DNA from: Asticcacaulis sp.
GTDB taxonomy: Bacteria > Pseudomonadota > Alphaproteobacteria > Caulobacterales > Caulobacteraceae
Length of the DNA: 64,000 bases
Direction of reading: 5' to 3'
NCBI RefSeq assembly: GCF_035497195.1
Contig: NZ_DATJDZ010000016.1
Coordinates: 23-64,022 of the forward strand
This document shows, piece after piece, positions 1 through 9,602 of the stretch (its first letter is position 1; each line of letters opens with the position of its first letter). The notes beneath the pieces were generated by a model. The model did no database searches, was not told where the DNA came from, and worked only from the letters and a program-made list of their open reading frames with translations. The translations under genes and the position numbers were made by a program.

Positions 1-1311
1 ATTGGTCTGCTCCAGTTCGGCCTGCTGCTGTTCGAGACGGGCGTGCGATTCCTTGAGCGCCCGGCCCTGCTCCTCAAGCTCTTCATTATTGACGCGCAGC
101 TCTTCGCCCTGGCTTTGCAGTTCCTCGGACTGGCGCTGGGTCTCTTCCAGCAGGTTTTGCAGATTGGCGCGGTAATTGGCCGTCTGCACGGCGACGCTGA
201 TGGTTTCGGACACCCGTTCCAGAAGGACGCGCGTCAGGTCCGACAGCGGCGACAGGAAGCCGAGTTCGATGACGGCATCCACCGTCCGCTCCGACCGGGC
301 CGGCGAAATCAGCAGATGGCGTGGCCGCCACTGACCCAGCGCGGCGCCAACCGACAGATGGCTTTCAGACAGATCATGCAGAAGGATCGGCTTGCCTTCG
401 CTGACCGCCTGACCGAGCAGGCCGTCCTTCGGCGTGAAGGTGGCGGGCACGGTATTTTGCTCCGGTACGCCAAGCATCGCCGTGCGGCGGTAGGCGCCGT
501 CCGTCAGGGCGTAAAAAGCGCCGGCACTGGCCTGGGTGTATTCGGACAGGAAGGCCAGGATGCTGTGGCCAAGCTGATCAAGCCTTTGCTCACCCATCAT
601 GGCGGCGGACACACCGACCTGGCCGGCCTGCAACCATTCCTCCCGGCGGCGGGCAGCGGAGGCGCGGCTGATCATGGTGGTGATGGCGATCGACAACAGC
701 ACGCCGATCAGGGCGGTGACCGCCACGCTGACGACAGCCGTATCGTAGGCGTCCTTCATCTCGATAATGCGCTGTTGGCGCAGGTCGCCTTCGGTATCCT
801 GCATCAACGCCACCTGGGCGCGGATGGCGTCCATGTCTTCCTTGCCGCGATTGGTCGCCACGCGCGCCACAGCTGCCGACAGGCCTTCGCTGCGTCGCAT
901 TTCGATACCGGCGCCCAGTTCCTGGAGCTTGGCCGCGATGTGCGATTTCAGGGGTGCGATACGGCGCTGCTGATCGGGATTATCCTTGGTAAGCTGCTCG
1001 ATCCGCAGCACCTGTTCCTCGATGCCCGTCAAGGCGTCGGAATAGGGTTCGAGATAGCTTTCCTGACCGGTGATGATGTAGCCGCGCTGACCGGTTTCGG
1101 CGTCCTTCATGGTGGAGAGAACGTTATTCAAACCGAGCAGGACTTCGTGCGTGTGGCCGATCTGATCGCTGTCACGCTTGAGGGTCTGGATATTGAGATA
1201 GGAAACGATGCCGCTGATGATGAAAAACACCGCGACCAGCGACAGTCCGAGCGACACGCTCAGGTCCATGCGTAGCTGGCGATTCGGCTGCGCGGTTTTA
1301 TTCTTGGTCAT
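1..1311 (-). CDS. Sensor histidine kinase, N-terminal part (CHASE3 - TM - GAF-like - coiled coil); 3' end runs off the window
   Basis: Absent from the ORF track because it has no stop inside the window. The reverse complement from ATG at 1311..1309 reads MTKNKTAQPNRQLRMDLSVSLGLSLVAVFFIISGIVSYLNIQTLKRDSDQIGHTHEVLLGLNNVLSTMKDAETGQRGYIITGQESYLEPY (CHASE3-type). This is followed by a second TM segment (VSVAVTALIGVLLSIAITTMI), a GAF-like stretch, and then the heptad-rich EELQSQGEELRVNNEELEEQGRALKESHARLEQQQAELEQTN at position 1. The listed 43..1275(+) ORF is its antisense shadow. Confidence 0.75.
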   Translation of the reverse strand, partial: MTKNKTAQPNRQLRMDLSVSLGLSLVAVFFIISGIVSYLNIQTLKRDSDQIGHTHEVLLGLNNVLSTMKDAETGQRGYIITGQESYLEPYSDALTGIEEQVLRIEQLTKDNPDQQRRIAPLKSHIAAKLQELGAGIEMRRSEGLSAAVARVATNRGKEDMDAIRAQVALMQDTEGDLRQQRIIEMKDAYDTAVVSVAVTALIGVLLSIAITTMISRASAARRREEWLQAGQVGVSAAMMGEQRLDQLGHSILAFLSEYTQASAGAFYALTDGAYRRTAMLGVPEQNTVPATFTPKDGLLGQAVSEGKPILLHDLSESHLSVGAALGQWRPRHLLISPARSERTVDAVIELGFLSPLSDLTRVLLERVSETISVAVQTANYRANLQNLLEETQRQSEELQSQGEELRVNNEELEEQGRALKESHARLEQQQAELEQTN

Positions 1312-1516
1312 CCGTCTTCCATGCCCCCATGCGGCCAGAATGGACTTCTGGCCGTTCGTTCCATTGCAAAAACCCTATGGGCCGTAGCGTAAGCATCCAA
1401 TAAGGAGCGGGATACGCCTTATAAAAAAGCCATAAGGATAGTTATAATTCAGAAGTTTACAGGGTTAAAAACCGCCCTTTGCCAAACCCCCGCCACTTCG
1501 CTAAACTGGTACTATC

Positions 1517-2092
1517 ATGACACCGAAGCTTGTACTCCTGGCCGGCGGCAAAGGCAAACGCATGGGCGGCGACAAACCCTTTGCGCCCTATGGACAATCG
1601 ACCCTGATCGAAACCACGCTGGCGCGCCTGCGGCCGCAGGTGCGTGAGATCGTCATCAATGCCGGTGCAAAAACGTCCCCCCTGGTGTTGCCCTTGTCAT
1701 GTCTTGACGCCGGCTTGATCTTTGATGATCCGGCGTTTGAGGGCCTGGGCCCCTTAAGCGGGGTTCTGAGTGCGCTCGAAATGGCGCGGGCGGCGGGGGA
1801 TGCGATGGTGATCACCGCACCGTGCGACATGCCCGACCTGCCGGACGACATGGTGGCGCGATTGCTCGCCGCCCCGCCGGCCGACGTGGTGTATTTCAAG
1901 GGCGCGCGCGATTATCCGCTGTGCGCGCTGTGGCGGATTTCAGTGGCGGACCCTTTGCGCAACGCCCTGCAACAGGTCGAGGGCGGACTGGCGGTCATGC
2001 GCTTCCTGGCGACGCAGAATGTGCGCACAATCGCCGTGGACGACGACGCGGCGTTTGCGAATATCAACTACCCGCCATTAGCCCCCGGTTAG
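1517..2092 (+). CDS. mobA: Molybdenum cofactor guanylyltransferase
   Basis: 191 aa. N-terminal LAGGKGKRMGGDKPF nucleotidyltransferase motif typical of MobA. Converges on moaA. Confidence 0.85.
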   Translation: MTPKLVLLAGGKGKRMGGDKPFAPYGQSTLIETTLARLRPQVREIVINAGAKTSPLVLPLSCLDAGLIFDDPAFEGLGPLSGVLSALEMARAAGDAMVITAPCDMPDLPDDMVARLLAAPPADVVYFKGARDYPLCALWRISVADPLRNALQQVEGGLAVMRFLATQNVRTIAVDDDAAFANINYPPLAPG

Positions 2093-3100
2093 GGACATGG
2101 TGCGCGCCGGCGCATGGCTGCGTTGCGGTTGCGGCAAACCGGCTTCGGCGATGAAAAAATCATGCGCTTTCGGTTTGTGCGCCAGGGCTTCGGCCAATGC
2201 TGCCTGCAAACCGGCGTCCGTCGCATCTTCGCGCAAAGGACCGCGCAGATCGACCTGATCATCCTGTCCCAGGCACATATACAGCTGGCCGGTGCAGGTG
2301 ATGCGTACGCGATTGCAGGTGTCGCAGAAATTATGACTGAGCGGCGTGATCAGGCCCAGCTTTCCGCCGGTTTCCGCCACGCGATAATAACGCGCCGGAC
2401 CGCCCGTCGTGTCGGTAATGCCGTCAACCTGCCAGAAACTGCGCAGGTCAGAGAGCACGTCTTTCAGCGACACGAACTGCGCTTCGCGGCCGGAAATTTC
2501 ATCGCCCAATGGCATGGTTTCGATCAGCGAGACGTCGATGCCGCGGTCATGGGCAAAGCGGATAATATCGGGAATTTCAGCGCGATTATCCTGGGCGAGC
2601 GCCACGACATTGAGCTTGATATGGATGCCGTGCGCCTGTGCCGCCGCGATGCCGGCCAGCACCTTGTTCAGATCACCGCCGCGGGTGATACGGCGATAGA
2701 CCTCTGGTTTCAGGCTGTCGCACGACACATTGATGCGTTTGATTCCCGCCCCGGCCAGCACCGGCGCCGCGTCTTCGAGCAGGGTGCCGTTGGTCGTCAG
2801 GGTCAGTTCCTTGAGGCGTCCCTTATGCACCTGGTCGCCAAGCTTGGTGATGAAATCGAGCACGCCCTTGCGCACCAGCGGCTCACCGCCGGTAATGCGC
2901 AGGCGTTCGACGCCGCTATCGATCAGGAACAGGCTGAGGCGTTCCATTTCCTCGAAACTGAGCAGGTCCTTGCGCGGCAAAAAGGTCTGGTGCTCGCTCA
3001 TGCAGTAGGTGCAGCGCAGGTCGCAGCGGTCCGTTACCGACAGCCGCACATAGCTGAGGCGGCGGCCGAAACCATCAATGAGAGGGGAACGCAGGGACAT
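2078..3100 (-). CDS. moaA: GTP 3',8-cyclase (radical-SAM molybdenum cofactor biosynthesis protein A)
   Basis: 340 aa. Radical-SAM cluster motif CDLRCTYC, second cysteine cluster CDTCNRVRITCTG, and the characteristic C-terminal GG. The 3' end overlaps the mobA 3' end by 15 nt (convergent). Confidence 0.93.
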   Translation of the reverse strand: MSLRSPLIDGFGRRLSYVRLSVTDRCDLRCTYCMSEHQTFLPRKDLLSFEEMERLSLFLIDSGVERLRITGGEPLVRKGVLDFITKLGDQVHKGRLKELTLTTNGTLLEDAAPVLAGAGIKRINVSCDSLKPEVYRRITRGGDLNKVLAGIAAAQAHGIHIKLNVVALAQDNRAEIPDIIRFAHDRGIDVSLIETMPLGDEISGREAQFVSLKDVLSDLRSFWQVDGITDTTGGPARYYRVAETGGKLGLITPLSHNFCDTCNRVRITCTGQLYMCLGQDDQVDLRGPLREDATDAGLQAALAEALAHKPKAHDFFIAEAGLPQPQRSHAPARTMSLTGG

Positions 3101-3160
3101 GAGTTTAATCTAGGCGCACCCCGATCAAATAACAAGCTTAGGATATGTGACAGCAGCAAA

Positions 3161-3309
3161 GCAAGAAACCCCACCACCCCGCCCTTCGGGCGCGGTCCCC
3201 CTCCCCGGCTGTGCCGGGGAGGTACAAGAAAAAACCAGTTTTATACCTCCCCAACTTGTTGGGGAGGGGGACCGACGCGCTCTTGCGCGTTGGTGGTGGG
3301 GTATCTTGC
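3161..3309. repeat. Nested-palindrome intergenic element (REP/MITE-like), long copy A
   Basis: Outer arms: gcaagaaaCCCCACCACC (3161-3178) pairs with GGTGGTGGGGtatcttgc (3292-3309). Inner arms: GGTCCCCCTCCCC (3195-3207) pairs with GGGGAGGGGGACC (3261-3273). Between them are two small CCTCCCC-N-GGGGAGG hairpins. It ends flush against the dinB stop codon (3310). A closely related copy lies at 57766-57880. Confidence 0.8.
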
Positions 3310-4404
3310 TTAAAGTGACAAGCTCAACTGCTCGACCGCCCTCTCTTCCTTCTCCCCCAGAGACGACATCGAAACGCCCAGCAAACGGATACCCTTCGGC
3401 ACCGGAAACACCCCTTCCAGAAGCGCCCGCACATAGCCCGTCAACTCACTCTTGCTCATCACCGGCACAAGCCCGGAACGGCTGCGGGTAATGAGGCGAA
3501 AATCGGAAAACTTGACCTTGAGCGTGACCGTCCGGCCTTTGATGTCATTGGTCTCGACATAGCGCCACACCTTATCGATCAAGGGTTCTAGAAACCCCCA
3601 GGCGGTATCGAAATCGGTCGTGTCTGTGAAGAAGGTATTCTCGGCGCCGATCGATTTACGCTCACGATCCGGCCGGACCTGGCGATGATCTATCCCGCGC
3701 GAAATACCGTAATAATAGCGCCCTGAGACTCCAAAATGCTGCTCCAGGAAATCGAGCGTCTGGTTGCGAATATCCTCACCGGTATAAAGCCCCAGCCGGT
3801 TCATCTTCGCCGCCGTCGCCGGGCCGATGCCGTGGAACTTCTTCACCGGTAAAGACGCCGCGAACGCCGGCCCCATCGCCGGTTTGATGACGAACAGGCC
3901 GTTGGGCTTGTTCTGATCCGAGGCCAGCTTGGCGAGGAACTTGTTATAGGACACGCCGGCCGAGGCGGTCAGTTGCGTCGCCTCCCAGATGCGGGCGCGG
4001 ATGTCTTCGGCGATCTCGGTAGCCGAGGCCATGCCCTTGCGATTTTCGGTGACGTCGAGATAGGCCTCATCGAGCGACAAAGGTTCGACCAGCGGCGTGT
4101 AATCCTCGAATATCTCGCGGATCTGGCGCGACACCGCTTTATAGACCTCGAAATTACCGCGCACAAAAATCAGCTCCGGACATTTGCGTTTGGCCGTGAC
4201 CGAAGGCATGGCGGAGTGGACGCCGAACTTACGCGCCTCATAGCTGGCAGCCGCCACGACCCCGCGTTCCGAGCCGCCGCCGACCGCTACCGGCTTGCCG
4301 CGCAGCTCCGGATGATCGCGCTGTTCGACCGACGCGAAAAAGGCATCCATATCGACGTGGATGATCTTTCTTTGTGGCGAGTGTTTTTCATCGTCCATGG
4401 TCAT
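3310..4404 (-). CDS. dinB: DNA polymerase IV (Y-family translesion polymerase)
   Basis: RKIIHVDMDAFFASVEQRD, SYEARKFGV and the LSLDEAYLDVT catalytic motifs. The track ORF extends to 4500, but conserved similarity starts just after MTMDDEKH, so I prefer the ATG at 4404 (4398 is an alternative). Confidence 0.9.
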   Translation of the reverse strand: MTMDDEKHSPQRKIIHVDMDAFFASVEQRDHPELRGKPVAVGGGSERGVVAAASYEARKFGVHSAMPSVTAKRKCPELIFVRGNFEVYKAVSRQIREIFEDYTPLVEPLSLDEAYLDVTENRKGMASATEIAEDIRARIWEATQLTASAGVSYNKFLAKLASDQNKPNGLFVIKPAMGPAFAASLPVKKFHGIGPATAAKMNRLGLYTGEDIRNQTLDFLEQHFGVSGRYYYGISRGIDHRQVRPDRERKSIGAENTFFTDTTDFDTAWGFLEPLIDKVWRYVETNDIKGRTVTLKVKFSDFRLITRSRSGLVPVMSKSELTGYVRALLEGVFPVPKGIRLLGVSMSSLGEKEERAVEQLSLSL

Positions 4405-4519
4405 TGACTCATGCCACAACCAGAACATAAAGTGAACATGTAAAATGCTGTCAAAAACGGGTTGCGTCCTTATAGAATAGTTTGGCACGCATTGAGACAA
4501 GACCTGTCAGGAGGAACAC

Positions 4520-5302
4520 ATGACCATCTATGTCGGCATCGGCGGCTGGACCTACGAGGACTGGCGCGGCCCCTTTTATCCCGAAGGCCTGACGCAGAAG
4601 CGCGAACTGGAATATGCGTCATCCAAACTGACCTCGATCGAGATCAACGGCACCTATTACGGCGCGCAGAAGCCGTCATCGTTTCAGAAATGGCGGGCGG
4701 AAACCCCGGATGGCTTCGTCTTTTCCGTCAAAGGCACGCGCTACGCCACCAATCGCAAGAACCTGGCGGAATCGAAGGACAGCGTGGACCGCTTCCTCAA
4801 TTCGGGCATCAGCGAGCTGAAGGAAAAGCTCGGCCCGATCAATTGGCAGTTCATGGCGACAAAAAAGTTCGATCCGGCCGATTTCGAGAATTTCTTAAAA
4901 CTGCTGCCGCCGGAAGTCGATGGTGTCAGGCTGCGTCATGCCGTCGAGGTGCGCCACCCGACCTTCCAGTGCGCTGAGTTCGTTGATCTGGCGCGGCACT
5001 ATGGCGTGGCGATCATCACCGGCGCCGATTCGGACTTTCCGGTCATCGCCGACCTGACCGCCGATTTCGCCTATGTCCGCATCATGGGCACGACCGACCA
5101 GCACGAAAAAGGCTATAGTGAACAGGCGCTGGATGAGTGGGCCTATCGCGCCCGCACGCTGGCTGAAGGCCAGGTGCCCGGCGATCTGGCGACCTATGGC
5201 GAAAAACCGGCGCCTAAGCCTCACGACGTCTTCCTGTATGTCATCAGCGGCTACAAGACGCTGAACCCCGCCGCGGCTATGGCCCTCATAGAGAGACTTT
5301 GA
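4520..5302 (+). CDS. DUF72 family protein (YecE-like)
   Basis: 260 aa. N-terminal YVGIGGWTYEDWRGPFYPEGL is the hallmark opening of DUF72 proteins. Confidence 0.8.
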   Translation: MTIYVGIGGWTYEDWRGPFYPEGLTQKRELEYASSKLTSIEINGTYYGAQKPSSFQKWRAETPDGFVFSVKGTRYATNRKNLAESKDSVDRFLNSGISELKEKLGPINWQFMATKKFDPADFENFLKLLPPEVDGVRLRHAVEVRHPTFQCAEFVDLARHYGVAIITGADSDFPVIADLTADFAYVRIMGTTDQHEKGYSEQALDEWAYRARTLAEGQVPGDLATYGEKPAPKPHDVFLYVISGYKTLNPAAAMALIERL

Positions 5303-5304
5303 TA

Positions 5305-6303
5305 ATGACCAAAACCACATGGGGCGTGCTGAGCACGGCGAAGATCGGCGTCACCAAGGTCATTCCGGCCCTGATGCAGAGCGAGTTGATCCGTGTAAAG
5401 GGCATCGCCTCACGCGATATCGAAGCCGCGCAGGACGCCGCTGACAAGCTTGGTCTGGAAACCGCCTACGGCTCTTATGAAGACCTTCTGGCCGATCCGG
5501 ATATCGAGGTCGTCTATAATCCCCTGCCCAATCATCTGCATGTGCCGATGACCCTGGCCGCGGCGCGCGCCGGCAAGTCTGTGTTGTGCGAAAAACCGAT
5601 GGCGCTCAATGCCCGTGAGATCGACGAACTGAGCGAGGTGGCGCATAAAGTCCATATCATGGAAGCCTTTATGGTGCGCCACAGCCTGCAATGGCTGGAG
5701 GCGCGCCGGCTGATCCGCGACGGCGCAATCGGCGCGCCAAAAATCATCCAGTCGTGGTTCAGTTACACCAATACCGACGCCAACAATATCCGCAACAAGG
5801 TCGATTGGGGCGGCGGCGGACTGATGGATATCGGCTGCTATCCCATCGTCGCCGGGCGCTTCTTCTTCGAGGCTGAGCCGGTGCGCGTCATGGCCCTGAT
5901 CAGCCGCGACAAGACTTTCGGCACCGACACCATCACCTCCGGCCTGCTCGATTTTGGTGACGGTCGCCAACTGACCTTCGCCGTTTCGACCGCGCTGACG
6001 CCGGGCCAGGCCGTCACCATAATGGGCGACAAGGCCCGTCTGAGCTTGTCCATTCCGTTCAACCAGCCGCCCGACGCGCCACAAGTCATCACGATCGATG
6101 ATGGCCACAGCTTCAATGGCGCAACGGCCGTGACGCACACCCTGCAACCGTCAAACCAGTACACCCTGATGGGCGAAGCCTTCACCCGCGCCGTCACCGG
6201 TGAAGCGCCCCTGCCCTACGGCATAGAAGACGCCCGTATCAATATGCGCATCATCGACGCTTTGTTTCGTTCGGAAACATCTGGCCAGTGGGAACCCTTA
6301 TAA
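5305..6303 (+). CDS. Gfo/Idh/MocA family NAD(P)-dependent oxidoreductase
   Basis: Rossmann N-terminus WGVLSTAKIGVTKVIPAL and the EKP motif (VLCEKPMALN). The track starts at TTG 5299; I prefer ATG 5305 (MTKTTWG). Confidence 0.8.
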   Translation: MTKTTWGVLSTAKIGVTKVIPALMQSELIRVKGIASRDIEAAQDAADKLGLETAYGSYEDLLADPDIEVVYNPLPNHLHVPMTLAAARAGKSVLCEKPMALNAREIDELSEVAHKVHIMEAFMVRHSLQWLEARRLIRDGAIGAPKIIQSWFSYTNTDANNIRNKVDWGGGGLMDIGCYPIVAGRFFFEAEPVRVMALISRDKTFGTDTITSGLLDFGDGRQLTFAVSTALTPGQAVTIMGDKARLSLSIPFNQPPDAPQVITIDDGHSFNGATAVTHTLQPSNQYTLMGEAFTRAVTGEAPLPYGIEDARINMRIIDALFRSETSGQWEPL

Positions 6304-6411
6304 ATTAAGACTTCTAGCGAACCTCATCGTTTTTTTACGACGGATATTTCATGACTGCTGCGTGGAATGGATGTGTCCATCCCCCGGACCTCCTGAAAGT
6401 ACGGCAAAAGC

Positions 6412-7641
6412 ATGTGGTATAAAAACAAGCGGTTCCTCACCATCGCCGGCGTCGCGGCTGCGGTGCTTGTCGTACTCGTCCTGTGGCTGCTGTTCTTCAA
6501 TAAACCCAAGCGGCCGGAACTGGTGACGCAACCTGCGGCTATCGGCAATGTCGAGAAGACTGTCCTGGCTTCGGGCACGCTTGAGCCGTTCGAGCAGGTC
6601 AATGTCGGCGCGCAGGTTTCCGGTCAGGTGACCAAACTCAACGTTGAACTGGGGGATGAGGTCAAGGCCGGTGACCTGATCGCCGAAATCGACTCGCAAA
6701 AGCAGAAAAACGATTTGGCCACCAGCCAGGCCGCGCTCAATAACCAGAAGGCCCAGCGCGCCTCGGCCATGGCGTCACTGGCGCAGGCGCAAAGCAATTT
6801 CACCCGCCAGCAGACGCTTTATCAGGCCGATGCCGGCTCGAAAGCCGATTATGAAAGCGCCGTGCAACAACTGAAGGCGGCACAGGCCAGCCTCGATGCC
6901 GCCAATTCGCAGATCCAGCAGGCGACGATCTCGGTCAATACCGCCAATGTCAATCTCGGCTATACCCGCATCGTGGCGCCGATGAACGGCACGGTCATCG
7001 CCATCATCACCAAGCAGGGCCAGACAGTCAATGCTAACCAGTCGGCGCCCACCATCGTCGTGCTCGGCCAGCTTAACAAGATGACCGTCAAGGCGGAAAT
7101 CTCCGAAGCCGATGTCATCCGCATCAAATCCGGCATGAAGGTCTATTTCACCACCCTCGGCGATCCGGACAAGAAATATTACGCCACCTTGCGCAGTGTC
7201 GAGCCGGCCCCGACCGATTTCACCGGCGAGACCACCACGGGCAACACCTCCTCAGCCATCTATTATTACGGCCTGTTTGATGTCGATAATCCCGACGGCA
7301 CCCTGCGCCCGTCGATGACCGCCCAGGTCTATATCATCCAGGAAAGCGCCAATAATGTGCTGACTATTCCTTCGGCGGCGCTCGGTCGCAAGGGCAAGGA
7401 TGGCAGCTATACCGTCCGCATCATCGGCAAGGACAAGACCAAGCCGGAGCCGGTGAAGGTCAAAACCGGTATCAATGACGGCACCAATGTGCAAATCCTG
7501 AGCGGACTGACAGCCGGCCAGCAGGTGGTTATCGCCCAGGCGTCTGCCTCCGGATCATCCACCTCTTCCGGTGGCAACCGCAATAATCGCGCAGGCTCCA
7601 GCGCCCTTGGCGGCAGCACGCGTCCGCCGCGGGGTCTCTGA
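6412..7641 (+). CDS. macA: Macrolide-type efflux periplasmic adaptor (HlyD/MFP family)
   Basis: 409 aa. N-terminal TM anchor, a long coiled-coil ([10 protein letters not shown]...[19 protein letters not shown]), the [13 protein letters not shown] lipoyl/beta-barrel motif, and start/stop coupling to macB. Confidence 0.85.
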   Translation: MWYKNKRFLTIAGVAAAVLVVLVLWLLFFNKPKRPELVTQPAAIGNVEKTVLASGTLEPFEQVNVGAQVSGQVTKLNVELGDEVKAGDLIAEIDSQKQKNDLATSQAALNNQKAQRASAMASLAQAQSNFTRQQTLYQADAGSKADYESAVQQLKAAQASLDAANSQIQQATISVNTANVNLGYTRIVAPMNGTVIAIITKQGQTVNANQSAPTIVVLGQLNKMTVKAEISEADVIRIKSGMKVYFTTLGDPDKKYYATLRSVEPAPTDFTGETTTGNTSSAIYYYGLFDVDNPDGTLRPSMTAQVYIIQESANNVLTIPSAALGRKGKDGSYTVRIIGKDKTKPEPVKVKTGINDGTNVQILSGLTAGQQVVIAQASASGSSTSSGGNRNNRAGSSALGGSTRPPRGL

Positions 7642-9602
7642 TGACCACGCCTCCCGCACTGGAAGTCTCGAAACTGCGGCGTGACTTTCCCGCCGGCGAA
7701 GGGACGATCACCGTCCTGCACGACATCGACCTGACCGTGGCGCCCGGCGAAATGCTGGCCATTGTCGGTCAGTCCGGTTCGGGCAAATCGACGCTGATGA
7801 ACATTCTCGGCTGCCTCGACCGGCCGACCGCCGGCACGTACAAGGTCGGTGGCCGGGCCACCTCGGAACTCGATCCGAACGACCTGGCCGAACTGCGCCG
7901 CGAGCATTTTGGCTTCATCTTCCAGCGCTATCATCTGCTCGGCGACCTGTCCGCGCTCGGCAATGTCGAAGTGCCAGCCATCTATTCCGGCACGCCTGCG
8001 GATCAGCGCAAAAGCCGCGCCACCGAACTGCTCGGCCGGCTGGGCCTGGCGGACCGCACCGGCCACCGGCCCGGACAGTTGTCCGGCGGCCAGCAGCAGC
8101 GCGTTTCCATCGCCCGCGCCCTGATGAACGGCGGCGAAATCGTGCTGGCCGATGAGCCGACCGGCGCGCTCGACACCACCTCCGGCGAGGAGGTCATGCG
8201 CATCCTGAAGGGACTGCACCAGGAGGGCCATACGGTCATCATCGTCACCCATGACCCGGAAGTGGCCGAGCACTGTGAACGCGTCATCGAAATCCGCGAC
8301 GGCCATATCATCAATGACCGCAAGGGCGAGGGTCGCGGTGTCGCCGAGGCTCAGGGATTGCCGCCCATAGCCACCGCCACACACGGGGGCCTGCGGGCGA
8401 CGATCGATAGCTTCAATGAAGCCTTCCGCATGGCGGTGCTGGCCATGAACGCCCACCGGATGCGCACCTTCCTGACCATGCTCGGCATCATTATCGGCAT
8501 CGCCTCAGTGGTCTGCGTCGTGGCGCTGGGCGAAGGCTCGCGCCAACAGGTGCTGGCCCAGATCGCCTCAATCGGCACCAATACCCTGCAGATCAATCCG
8601 GGGCGCGGCTTCGGCGATATCCGCTCCGGGCGGGTGCGCACCCTGGTGGTCTCCGACGCCGACGCCCTGGCCAAACAGCCCTATGCCGACAGCGTGACGC
8701 CGCTTGTCCAGACCAATGTGGTCATGCGTTCCGGCTCAATTTCCGCCAACGCCACCGTCATGGGCGTCGGCGACCAGTATGACCGCGTGCGCGGCCTGAC
8801 GATGGCGCAGGGCCGCTGGCTGACGGCGGAAGATGTCAGCGGCCTCAGTCAGGACGTGGTGATCGATGACAACACCTACAACACCCTTTATCCCAATAGC
8901 GGCAAGCCACTGGGGCAGGTCATCCTGCTCGGATCGGTGCCGGCGCGCATCGTCGGGGTCACCAACAAGTCGAGCGGCGTCGGCGGCGGCAACCAGGACA
9001 CGCTCAACATCTACATGGCCTTTACGGCGGTCAATTCGCGTATGCTGGGCACCAGCGTGCTGCGCAGCATCACCGTCCGCGTGAAAGACGACACCGAGTC
9101 GTCCGTGGCCCAGTCGGGCGTCACCCAACTCCTGACCCAGCGTCACGGCGCCGTCGATTTCACCATCCTCAACACGGATGAAATCCGCCAGACCATCACC
9201 GCCACCACCAATACCCTGACCATACTGATCTCGGCCATCGCCATCATTTCGCTGATCGTCGGCGGCATCGGCGTCATGAATATCATGCTGGTTTCGGTGA
9301 CGGAGCGAACGAGCGAAATCGGCGTGCGCATGGCGGTCGGCGCCCGCACGCGCGACATCATGCAGCAATTCCTTATCGAGGCCGTCCTGGTCTGCCTGAT
9401 CGGCGGGGTGCTCGGCATTATCATGGCGCTCGGCTTCGGCCTGGTGTTCGGTCTGTTCAGCACAGATTTCACGCTGGTCTATTCAGCGGCCTCGATCATC
9501 TCGGCCTTCCTGTGCTCGACCCTGATCGGCGTCATCTTCGGCTTCCTGCCGGCGCGCAATGCCGCCCGCCTTGACCCCGTAACCGCCCTGGCGAGGGACT
9601 GA
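7641..9602 (+). CDS. macB: MacB-type ABC transporter, fused ATPase/FtsX permease
   Basis: 653 aa. Walker [10 protein letters not shown], signature [15 protein letters not shown], Walker [14 protein letters not shown]-terminal four-TM FtsX-like permease. ATGA-type overlaps with both neighbours. Confidence 0.9.
   Translation: MTTPPALEVSKLRRDFPAGEGTITVLHDIDLTVAPGEMLAIVGQSGSGKSTLMNILGCLDRPTAGTYKVGGRATSELDPNDLAELRREHFGFIFQRYHLLGDLSALGNVEVPAIYSGTPADQRKSRATELLGRLGLADRTGHRPGQLSGGQQQRVSIARALMNGGEIVLADEPTGALDTTSGEEVMRILKGLHQEGHTVIIVTHDPEVAEHCERVIEIRDGHIINDRKGEGRGVAEAQGLPPIATATHGGLRATIDSFNEAFRMAVLAMNAHRMRTFLTMLGIIIGIASVVCVVALGEGSRQQVLAQIASIGTNTLQINPGRGFGDIRSGRVRTLVVSDADALAKQPYADSVTPLVQTNVVMRSGSISANATVMGVGDQYDRVRGLTMAQGRWLTAEDVSGLSQDVVIDDNTYNTLYPNSGKPLGQVILLGSVPARIVGVTNKSSGVGGGNQDTLNIYMAFTAVNSRMLGTSVLRSITVRVKDDTESSVAQSGVTQLLTQRHGAVDFTILNTDEIRQTITATTNTLTILISAIAIISLIVGGIGVMNIMLVSVTERTSEIGVRMAVGARTRDIMQQFLIEAVLVCLIGGVLGIIMALGFGLVFGLFSTDFTLVYSAASIISAFLCSTLIGVIFGFLPARNAARLDPVTALARD

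Noticed and set aside
43-1275. 410-aa plus-strand ORF from the track
   Set aside because: It is antisense to a minus-strand reading frame with clear CHASE3, TM and GAF features that starts at ATG 1311. The plus-strand product is R/A/G/Q/H-rich with no motif, which is the typical shadow ORF of GC-rich DNA.
3101-3309. Possible Moco riboswitch in the 209-nt region upstream of moaA
   Set aside because: The structured sequence here is the nested-palindrome repeat, which recurs at 57766-57880 next to unrelated genes. Its geometry is tied to the dinB stop codon rather than the moaA start. I could not see the conserved Moco-motif core. An Rfam/Infernal scan would settle it.
2114-3313. 399-aa plus-strand ORF overlapping moaA and the repeat element
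   Set aside because: It is antisense to an unmistakable MoaA. Its 3' part merely translates the nested palindromic repeat (P/G/W-rich).
3310-4500. Upstream-extended starts proposed by the ORF track (dinB to 4500, csbD to 17202, kinase from 23650, regulator to 25711, phhB to 26094, isomerase to 29082, peptidase from 30080, bdhA from 36722, MerC-like from 45820, porin to 53952, receptor to 60866)
   Set aside because: In each case the extension lacks family similarity. Several of the extensions overlap a terminator, repeat or neighbouring gene. An internal ATG then gives the canonical N-terminus or signal peptide, in several cases with an RBS. I used the shorter coordinates.
7407-8456. Other long antisense ORFs, for example 7407..8456(-), 13068..14171(-), 34797..35738(+), 38754..39683(+), 42430..43149(+), 43260..44297(+), 55203..55880(+), 58950..60215(+), 60799..61836(+)
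   Set aside because: All lie opposite genes with strong family motifs on the other strand. None has an RBS or start context or recognisable motifs. I treat them as GC-skewed shadow frames.
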